Shown here piece after piece: positions 40,541 through 48,374 of a DNA stretch of 64,000 nucleotides. The notes under the pieces are model-generated. The model was not told the origin of the DNA, did not search any database, and saw only the letters and a list, made by a program, of their open reading frames with translations. Numbering within the stretch: the first letter of the stretch is position 1; each line of letters starts with the position of its first letter. The stretch covers positions 1-64,000 of the forward strand of contig CAWALK010000011.1 of NCBI GenBank assembly GCA_963782915.1, in the 5' to 3' direction. The position numbers and the translations under genes were made by a program. The stretch comes from an uncultured archaeon. GTDB lineage: Archaea > Thermoproteota > Bathyarchaeia > Bathyarchaeales > Bathycorpusculaceae.

Positions 40541-41973
40541 AATTGCCTGATTTTTCGGTCAAGAAGATGCCCGTCTGCATCGATTAGCTGTATTTCCAGA
40601 GGCATCTGTCCCACCGCATGGGTTGCACAGCTCAGGCAAGGATCAAACGCTCGGATAACCGCTTCAACCCGATTAAGCATACCCTCCTGTAGCTGCTTAG
40701 CTTTAACATATTTCTTGGCTACCTGCGTCACCGCCAAGTTATAGGCTATGTTGCTGTGCTCCGTTGCGATTATCATATTATTCCAGGTTATCATGCCTTG
40801 CTCATCGACCTTGTAGTGATGGATAAGGGTGCCTCTGGGTGCTTCTGCGACGCCGACGCCTTCAAAGTTGTTAAGCAGAACTTTGGAGGTGACATGTTCA
40901 GACTGGATGTCTGGGTCGTCGAGGAGTTTTTTAGCGGTTTCTATGCAGTAGAGTACCTCGATTAGGCGTGCGGTGTGATAATGGAAGGTGCTCTCAACGA
41001 CGCCGTTTTTGCCCAGTTTCTTAAACCACGCTAACTCTTCATCCGCCAATGGGGTGCCGCAGTGGTTTGCAACATTTAACCTCGGAAGCGGACCCACTCG
41101 GTAAGCGCCGTTTGGGTAGCCGACTGTTTTGAAGTAGGGAAACTTCATGTAAGACCATGGCTCGACGGCTTCACCGATGAAATCACCGTATTTGGTTGGG
41201 TCGACGCATTCGGCGGCGACTTTGCCCGTTGGATCCATGATGCGGATTGTCCCGTCATAGTGGTCTAAGTCGCCGTTTGGGGTTACGAGGCCCATGTAGT
41301 AAGTGGGGAAGTTACCGAAGTGTTCCACCTCTTCCTGTAAACCGTCGAGCATTTGCTTCCACATATCCAGCGTCTTCTGAGTAGAATCCAATGCTTCCGG
41401 CAGGAAACCGCGGAGGTAGTCGGCTCTTTCCTGTGTCAGGGGCCACTTGGCTCCGCCGGGCTGTACCCATTCACTGGAGTGGATTTTTTTGCCGGCGACT
41501 TTTTCGATGATTTCTTGACCAAACTTGCGCAGCCTGATACCTCGCATGGCAAGTTCAGGTTCTTTTTCGATTAAGCCGAAGATGTTACGATTTGCAGGGT
41601 CAGAATCAAAGCCCAACAGTAAGTCTGGTGAGGATAAATGGAAAAAGTTCAGTGCATGCGATTGAATGATTTGCCCCATATGCATGAGGCGGCGTAGCAT
41701 AACTGCGGTTTTGGGTGGGTTGACTCCGACGATTTGGTCGCAAGCTTTAGCGCTGGCAAGTAAGTGGCTCACGGGGCAGATGCCGCATGCTCGGCTGGTA
41801 ATCGAGGGCATCTCATAGAATGGTCTGCCTTCGGTAAACTTTTCGAAGCCTCGGAAATCGGTGACTTTGAAGAGTGCCTGCTTCACGGAGTCATCGTCGT
41901 TGAGTAGGATGGTTACTTGGGCGTGTCCTTCGATGCGTGTAATAGGGTTAATTGATATTTTTTTCTCAGCCAT
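40537..41973 (-). CDS. hoxH: [NiFe]-hydrogenase large subunit, group 3d (Hox)
   Basis: PITRIEGH, FRGFEKF, SRACGICPVSH (L1), EAPRGTLIHHY, RAFDPCLSCATH (L2) plus C-terminal extension. Confidence 0.93.
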   Translation of the reverse strand: MAEKKISINPITRIEGHAQVTILLNDDDSVKQALFKVTDFRGFEKFTEGRPFYEMPSITSRACGICPVSHLLASAKACDQIVGVNPPKTAVMLRRLMHMGQIIQSHALNFFHLSSPDLLLGFDSDPANRNIFGLIEKEPELAMRGIRLRKFGQEIIEKVAGKKIHSSEWVQPGGAKWPLTQERADYLRGFLPEALDSTQKTLDMWKQMLDGLQEEVEHFGNFPTYYMGLVTPNGDLDHYDGTIRIMDPTGKVAAECVDPTKYGDFIGEAVEPWSYMKFPYFKTVGYPNGAYRVGPLPRLNVANHCGTPLADEELAWFKKLGKNGVVESTFHYHTARLIEVLYCIETAKKLLDDPDIQSEHVTSKVLLNNFEGVGVAEAPRGTLIHHYKVDEQGMITWNNMIIATEHSNIAYNLAVTQVAKKYVKAKQLQEGMLNRVEAVIRAFDPCLSCATHAVGQMPLEIQLIDADGHLLDRKIRQF

Positions 41974-42508
41974 ACTTTGATCTTCCCTCCATAACTGGAT
42001 TTTTGCCTGCTAAAAGCTCGGTTAATACGTAGTTGATTAGGTCGGCGTTTGGTGGACAACCTGGGATATAATGGTCGACTTTAACGACTTCGTGGAGTGG
42101 CCTCGCGTGGATGAGTAATTTGGGCACCTGATTGGGGATTTGGGCGTTCAAGTTTGATGGGTCAGCGTATGCCCGCCCAAGGACTGCTTGGTCGCTGTGT
42201 TCCCAGCCATTGCGGAGTGCGGTAACGTTGCCTGTGACTGCGCAGTCTCCCAATGAAACCAAAATTTTGGTTCTGCCGCGGACTTTTTTGAGCATGGCTT
42301 TTTGGTCCTCATTCGCCACTGCGCCCTCGATTAAGGTTACATCGACGTTTTCGGGGAACTCTTTGATGTCAGCAATAGGGCTATGGACCAGCGTAATCTT
42401 TTTGGCAAGCTCAATTAAGCGTTCGTCTTGGTCGAGAAAGGACATGTGGCAGCCGCTGCAGCCGCTAAGCCAAACCGTAGCAACCCGCACTTTAGCGTCT
42501 ACGCTCAT
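41966..42508 (-). CDS. hoxY: Hox hydrogenase small subunit
   Basis: WLSGCSGCHMS, EGAV, GDCAVTGNV, IPGCPP; ATG at 42508 overlaps the hoxU stop (ATGA). Confidence 0.92.
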   Translation of the reverse strand: MSVDAKVRVATVWLSGCSGCHMSFLDQDERLIELAKKITLVHSPIADIKEFPENVDVTLIEGAVANEDQKAMLKKVRGRTKILVSLGDCAVTGNVTALRNGWEHSDQAVLGRAYADPSNLNAQIPNQVPKLLIHARPLHEVVKVDHYIPGCPPNADLINYVLTELLAGKNPVMEGRSKYG

Positions 42509-43215
42509 CTTTGGCGGTTCCTCCGTTGCATTATGAATGCGGCGACGTCGCGGTCTTTGGTGTGCTCGATCATTTCGCCCTCGATGTAGATGGCTCCGAC
42601 TGGGCATACTTTGGCGCATTTCCTGCATGAAGTGCAACTGCAGGCTTTTGCCCATTTCTCGTCTTCGTCTAGGATGACTTGGGTGTATTTGCCTCGGAGT
42701 TTAAGGTCTAATGTGTGTACTCCTTCGATTTCGTCGCAGACCCGAATACAGCGGGTGCATAGGATGCATCTGTTGCGGTCAATTACCAAGAAATCATGCG
42801 TTGAGTCGATTTCGTCGCAGCTCCAGTTCCGTTCATACATAACGTGGTCTACGCCGTGTTTGTTTGCCATCGCCTGCAATTCACAGTGGTCGTTGGCTAC
42901 GCAGACAGAGCAGATATGTGTGCGTTCAGCAAGGAGCGTCTGCAAAACCATTTTGCGGTATTCAAAGAGCTTAGGCGATTGGGTGGTGATTTCCATGCCT
43001 GAAGCAGCGGGGGTGATGCATGCGGGAAACAGTTTGGTTGAACCACTGACTTCAACGAGGCACAGTCGGCAACCTCCATAGGGAGTTAAACCCTCCAAGT
43101 CGCAGAGCGTCGGAATTATGACACCGCTTGCCTCAGCCGCCTTAAGGATCGATGTGCCTTCCGCAACCTCAACGGCTACGCCATCGATTTTTAATGCGAT
43201 TTTATGTTGGCTTAT
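42505..43215 (-). CDS. hoxU: Hox diaphorase Fe-S subunit (probable ATA start at 43215)
   Basis: IPTLC..GGCRLCLV..C, HICSVC...CELQ, CILCTRCIRVC, CTSCRKCAKVCP. Confidence 0.92.
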   Translation of the reverse strand: MSQHKIALKIDGVAVEVAEGTSILKAAEASGVIIPTLCDLEGLTPYGGCRLCLVEVSGSTKLFPACITPAASGMEITTQSPKLFEYRKMVLQTLLAERTHICSVCVANDHCELQAMANKHGVDHVMYERNWSCDEIDSTHDFLVIDRNRCILCTRCIRVCDEIEGVHTLDLKLRGKYTQVILDEDEKWAKACSCTSCRKCAKVCPVGAIYIEGEMIEHTKDRDVAAFIMQRRNRQR

Positions 43216-44849
43216 TTGATTTCCTCCTCGTCGCGGGTTTTGAAGCATTTGCCGGATTCACATTTCTTTTCCATAATGTGGCTGACGTACTCGTTTTTGA
43301 AGTAACGAAGAGTAGTAATGACTGGGTTTGGTGCAGTTTGTCCTAAACCGCAGAGGCTGGCATCCCGAATGAAGACGCTGGCTTTCTCCAAAGTGCCGAT
43401 GTCGCTCATTTCGCCCTGCCCATGCGTAATCCTGTTAAAAACCTCAAGCATCCTTGGCAACCCCGCTCTGCAAGGTGTACATCTGCCACAGGATTCATCA
43501 ACACAAAACTCCGTGAAGTACCGAGCCGTATCCACCATGCAATCATCCTCATCCAAGACAACTATACCGCCAGAACCCATGATTGCTCCAACCTTAACCA
43601 GCGAGTCATAGTCTATGACGACATCAAGCAATTCCTCGGGTAAGCAGCCGCCTGAAGGGCCTCCGATTAGGACAGCTTTAAATTTTTTATCATCCGCCAC
43701 TCCGCCGCCAATGTCAAAAACAACTTCCCGCAACGTCATACCCATCGGGACTTCGATTACACCAGGGTTTTTTATTTTTCCCGTTAATGAGAAGCATTTG
43801 GTGCCTGTGCATTTGGGGGTGCCTGTTTTGGCGAACCATGCCGCGCTGTTCTGGATGATGAGTGGGATGTTGGCGAGGGTTTCCACGTTTTGGATAAGTG
43901 TGGGCTTCTGCCATAAGCCGGAGTTAGCGGGGTAGGGTGGTCTTGGCCGGGGCATGGCTCTGCATCCTTCCACTGACGCCAAAATTGCGGTTTCCTCTCC
44001 TGCCACGAATGCGCCTGCGCCGAAACGTAATTCAACGTCAAATTTGAAGGGTGTTTCGAAAATGTTGTTTCCGAGTATAGTCATGGTTTTGGCTTGGGCG
44101 ATGGCTTTCTGGAGGGTTTGGATTGCGAGGGGGTATTCGCTTCGGATGTAGATGTAGCCTTTTTCTGCGCCGATTGCGTAGGCGGCGATGAGCATGCCTT
44201 CGAGGATGGCGTGTGGGTCGGCTTCGGCTAGTGAGCGGTTGGCGTATACTCCGGGGTCGCCTTCGTCGAGGTTGGCGACGATGTATTTGGGGGTGTTGTT
44301 GGCTCTGGCTACTAGGCGCCATTTTTGTCCTGTTGAAAAACCTGCGCCGCCTCTGCCGCGCAATCCACTGGCGATGACTTCGTTTATGACTCCCTGCGGC
44401 GCCATATTGGTTAAGCATTTGACGAGTGCACCATAGCCGCCTTGGGCGATGTAGTCTTGGATGCGGCTGGGATCGATTTTTCCTGCATTTCGCAGAACAA
44501 GTCGGTGTTGTTTTTTGAAGAAGGCACCGCTTTCATAGAGCATGCCTTCAACAGGTAAATCAAGTGTGATATGGTCGCGTACGATTTCGCGGACTTTTTC
44601 TGGGGTAACGTTTTGGTAGACGTAGTCGCCCGGTTCAATGAGGACTGAGGGACCCACGGAGCATGAACCCATGCAGCCTGTGCGCGCGACTTTGCATTCT
44701 TTTTCGACCCCGAATTCCTTAACGGCATCCTCAAACGCTTTTAAAACTTTAAAGGCGCCCATTGAGGCGCAGCTGGTTGAGCAGCAAACGTTGATGCGGT
44801 ACTTGTAAGCTTGCTCGAATTCGAGTTCGTGCTCAACGATTTTGTGCAA
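43212..44849 (-). CDS. hoxF: Hox diaphorase FMN/NAD subunit (NuoF-like)
   Basis: N-terminal 2Fe-2S thioredoxin-like domain, GLRGRGGAGF, DEGDPG, GEET, GGPSGG, ESCGRCTPCR, SLCGLG. Confidence 0.93.
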   Translation of the reverse strand: MHKIVEHELEFEQAYKYRINVCCSTSCASMGAFKVLKAFEDAVKEFGVEKECKVARTGCMGSCSVGPSVLIEPGDYVYQNVTPEKVREIVRDHITLDLPVEGMLYESGAFFKKQHRLVLRNAGKIDPSRIQDYIAQGGYGALVKCLTNMAPQGVINEVIASGLRGRGGAGFSTGQKWRLVARANNTPKYIVANLDEGDPGVYANRSLAEADPHAILEGMLIAAYAIGAEKGYIYIRSEYPLAIQTLQKAIAQAKTMTILGNNIFETPFKFDVELRFGAGAFVAGEETAILASVEGCRAMPRPRPPYPANSGLWQKPTLIQNVETLANIPLIIQNSAAWFAKTGTPKCTGTKCFSLTGKIKNPGVIEVPMGMTLREVVFDIGGGVADDKKFKAVLIGGPSGGCLPEELLDVVIDYDSLVKVGAIMGSGGIVVLDEDDCMVDTARYFTEFCVDESCGRCTPCRAGLPRMLEVFNRITHGQGEMSDIGTLEKASVFIRDASLCGLGQTAPNPVITTLRYFKNEYVSHIMEKKCESGKCFKTRDEEEIK

Positions 44850-44850
44850 C

Positions 44851-45342
44851 TCAGTGAGTTTCAGCCGGTGAGCCTCCGAGTTTTTGTTTGATTTTTTGGA
44901 TTACAGCTTCTTTTGTGGCTTTTCCGATTACTTCGTCGTCGACGACTATGTTGGGGGCCATTGCGCAGGCGCCGATACATCTTGTTAGGAGCAATGAGAG
45001 TTTGCCGTCGGCGGTTGAGCCTCCGCGTTTAAGTTGGAACTCCTGCTCGATGGCTTCCATGATTGGTTCGACGCCTTTGACATAGCAGGCGGTGCCTAAG
45101 CAGCCTGTGACTACGTGTTCGCCTGGTTTGCGGAGTTTAAAGTAACTGTAAAAAGTGACGACGCCATAAACGTGGCTTGGCGGAAGATTCAATGACTCTG
45201 AGAGGTCCAACAGTAAATCCTTGTCGAGGTACCCATAGATTTCTTGTGCCCGATGCAAAATCTCCAGCAAAGCACTACCCTGATAGTTATGCTCTTTTAG
45301 CACCTTCTCAAGCGTTAAGCGTCGTTTGTCGTCTGTCATCAA
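44851..45342 (-). CDS. hoxE: Hox NuoE-like 2Fe-2S subunit
   Basis: LHRAQEIYGYL, GVVTFY, CLGTACYVKG, RCIGAC. Confidence 0.92.
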   Translation of the reverse strand: MMTDDKRRLTLEKVLKEHNYQGSALLEILHRAQEIYGYLDKDLLLDLSESLNLPPSHVYGVVTFYSYFKLRKPGEHVVTGCLGTACYVKGVEPIMEAIEQEFQLKRGGSTADGKLSLLLTRCIGACAMAPNIVVDDEVIGKATKEAVIQKIKQKLGGSPAETH

Positions 45343-45547
45343 AAATGGTTTTCCTCCGTCAGGTTTGGCTGACTCAGGATAGGTTTACAGAAGTTCGGTG
45401 TATAAAAGTGTAGAGGGAACCGCAAAAGTGGCTGTTTTGGCTGGCAACAGGTGGCGTTTGTGGGGGCATGTTTTTGGTGTTGGTTTGTGTGTTGGGTTGC
45501 CTGCGGGTTGATGGTTGTTTAGCGAGCAGGTCAAGAGAAAGCGGAGG

Positions 45548-45766
45548 TCTTTTGCTTTGCCGACCCTACCCCCCTCTATTTATAGGCTCAATAAATGCAG
45601 GCAAAATGGGGCGGTTATGGGCGTTTGTTGGTTTTTGGTGTTGGGTTTATGCGTTTGCAGGCTTGGTTGCTATAATTGATAGGCATTTGTGCCAGAGAGC
45701 AAACGTTCAGAGGTTAAAGCGGGGCTTTGTTGCTCTGCCAGCTACCCCCCTCCCCTTATATATAGA
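45548..45766 (+). repeat. Dispersed bipartite non-coding element, copy 3
   Basis: CCTACCCCCCTCTATTTATAGGCTCAATA ... TTTGTTGCTCTGCCAGCTACCCCCCTCCCCTTATATATAGA. Confidence 0.75.
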
Positions 45767-45940
45767 CTGAATTAGTGAATAACTTTGCAATCAGTGACAG
45801 CAGTGAACAGCACAATACAATCGGGCACTAGCATAGCCCATTCAGGTGATAACCGCCCGCAAACCCATCAGCCAACCGCACCTATAAGCAATTTTACGGT
45901 TAAAAAAGCAGGATAAAATAGTGCTTACTAAAACAGCCGA

Positions 45941-46964
45941 TTACGGTTCAGGGGCATCTGGGTTTTTGGCCTGCAGAATCGGCTCGAAAGCAACCGTGCC
46001 TAAACCGGAGTCAATATGTGAATCAACAATAGACCCTCTGATAGCATCAGATGTCGGTTGTTCCCCACCAGTTATTGGGCACAGTCATGTTTGTGGACCA
46101 GTGACTTCTATACACAGCTAAGGACTGGTTAGTATTGCCGTAAATATTGTTGTTTGAGAACACAGACTGATCTGAGTATCCCGACACCGAAATACCGATC
46201 CAATTCTGAGTTACCGTATTATCCTTAAAGACCACTTTTAGGGGTGCACCCAAAGCAACACCCTCATAATTACCTGAAATCAGGTTATGTTGAATTGTAG
46301 CAGTACCTGTAAAATTATCCATCACAAAACTGAGTGCAATTCCAAACATGCCCTTCTGGATGACGTTACCGGTAATGACTGCATTGCTGCTACTCCAGAA
46401 AAGAATGTCACTGTCGCCTGCAAGACCATTACGATAAGAACGCAGGCTCCCAGTAATCAAGTTATCAGTGACTATGGGAGCGCCGCCATCAATCACTAGC
46501 ACCCGGTTGTAAGAATTAGAAGCATTTAGCAAACTGTTTGTAAACTTGGGCGACGACCCATTGCATACGATGTAGCAGTTAGAGTTGCAGTTGTCCATGA
46601 TGCAACCAGAGTTTGCCCACTCAGTCCACGGCGCACTAGAAGAAGTGAAAACTATTTTCCCACCCAAGCTTCCATTAAACAGGATTTTCTGGTCTGCGCT
46701 CCCTCGGGCAACTAAAACGCCGTCAATTTGTAAAACGGAATTGTTAAAGTTAACAACTGTTCCTGGCTCAATAGTAAGCCGAACGCCGCTGCCCACAGTA
46801 AAGTTACCCGGGTTGACTGTGCCGCTCCAAGTGACATCAGAATAACTCCTAAACGGACTAGCGGGATAAAGAGCAAAGAAGCCTACAAGAACAACAGCGG
46901 CAACTAAAACACCGATAAGAGAGAATAGGAGCATACGTTTCATAGCATAATCAACAAAGCGCAA
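45941..46964 (-). CDS. Membrane-anchored beta-helix (NosD-like) protein, frameshift near 46050
   Basis: LTIEPGTVV, GCIMDN, NNWWGTTD; shifted frame ends GLGTVAFEPILQAKNPDAPEP-stop; paralogous to 34315 and 37677 genes. Confidence 0.75.
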
Positions 46965-47102
46965 GTAAACTTATCTTTTATTATGGTTTACGCTTTTTCT
47001 GCAAACGTTAAATTCTGATTGACCTTAATTCTTTGAAGGAGGCCACTGGGATTTGCTTCAGCAGCCTAGACACCGAAATAACTGAGGTCTCTTAGTGTGC
47101 CG

Positions 47103-48092
47103 CTATCGATTGTTGTGTGGTGGTCCCAGGAAGGGAAACTCCTGCAGCAGGTCAGTGTGGGGTCCACATTTGTCCCAGGTAAGTCTGCCGTTGAATACGG
47201 TCAGGAATACGTCTTTTGAGTCATCCGTGGGTGTACGCCCGTTCCCGGGATATGCAGCGAGCTGCTTGGGGTCATAGGGCAATACATCTGGCAACAAGCT
47301 CCTAGCCGCCGCCTCCGCCCCAGCCGAGGTGTAACCGCCGGACTGCTCGAGGGCATGTGCGAACATAGCTACGAACCGCTCGTCCTGCGCCGGTTCACCG
47401 TCAAGGTAGGCTTCTCTTTGGTCACTCGCCAGAAATGGGGTTTGGGTAGGTCTTGCTCCGCGGTCGGCTTGCACCCAGCCGCCGTCAACCAGCACGAGAG
47501 ATCGATGCCACAGGTTCAGGCGCACTCCGCCGCCAATATCGCTAACAGGCAACTCCAAGGCTACACTACAAACATCCTTGTCAGCGAAAAAGTCGGTTCC
47601 CGTGAACTGCATTTTGTTCTGAAGGCCAGTCAAATCGAAGAAGAACGGGTCGCTACGCCAGCCACTAAACAAGCGATAGGCACCGGACTCTGCCACTTTT
47701 GCCTCGCGGCCCATCGAGACGGGCGCTCCTTGGAAGATGACTTTTCCTTCCTCGCCCCTGCCGGCGGCTTCCGATCCTTCTGCCCGACGTATAGTCGCCG
47801 ACATTGCGGCGCCGTTGTCGTTCTTTGTGAAGCGTACCCGATAAGCGATGTCCGCAACCATGTCCCCGTTCGTATCTATCCTTAACTCATAGAGGGCTTC
47901 CGGTGCGAAGGGTTCATTGGTTGTCGGTCCCGGGGGATTTATTCCAACTGAAGGATGCATGTTCATAATTACGATTGATTTGCTGGGGTCGCCGGGTTTG
48001 GGGAACGCGAAGAGGTCCGTGATGTCCAATCGGGGGTCTCCGCGTGGAAAACCGAAGTTTGGGCCTGAATAATGGTGTGTCATGGGAAACAA
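47103..48092 (-). CDS. DUF4331-family protein
   Basis: MTHHYSGP, DPRLDITDLFAF, YELRIDTNGD, GWRSDPFFFD, NGRTPTDD, FPFLGPPH. Confidence 0.75.
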   Translation of the reverse strand: MFPMTHHYSGPNFGFPRGDPRLDITDLFAFPKPGDPSKSIVIMNMHPSVGINPPGPTTNEPFAPEALYELRIDTNGDMVADIAYRVRFTKNDNGAAMSATIRRAEGSEAAGRGEEGKVIFQGAPVSMGREAKVAESGAYRLFSGWRSDPFFFDLTGLQNKMQFTGTDFFADKDVCSVALELPVSDIGGGVRLNLWHRSLVLVDGGWVQADRGARPTQTPFLASDQREAYLDGEPAQDERFVAMFAHALEQSGGYTSAGAEAAARSLLPDVLPYDPKQLAAYPGNGRTPTDDSKDVFLTVFNGRLTWDKCGPHTDLLQEFPFLGPPHNNR

Positions 48093-48374
48093 CCTCCTTC
48101 TGCGTTCAACATGACTTTTGCGAATATTTTCGTGGAAAAATAAATGGAAAACTGCTTTCCATAACCATACAAAAAAATCACCATTAAAGATGATTTCTTA
48201 GCGGCATAAATGGTTTATCACAGATTACCGCTGGAAGAAGTCAAGAGCAAAGAAAGAAAATTTTATGCAGAGGATGACTCGCGGGTTTTGCTGACGAGCG
48301 TTGTGTTTTTTAATTGTATATTCAAAAAGTTAATAACAAAAAAAGAAAAAGATTGGTTGGTTTTTATTTGTTGT

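Noticed and set aside
45468-45770. 100-aa ORF (also 27988..28185 and 31579..31845) overlapping the dispersed element
   Set aside because: Reading frames are not conserved between copies, so the element is treated as non-coding
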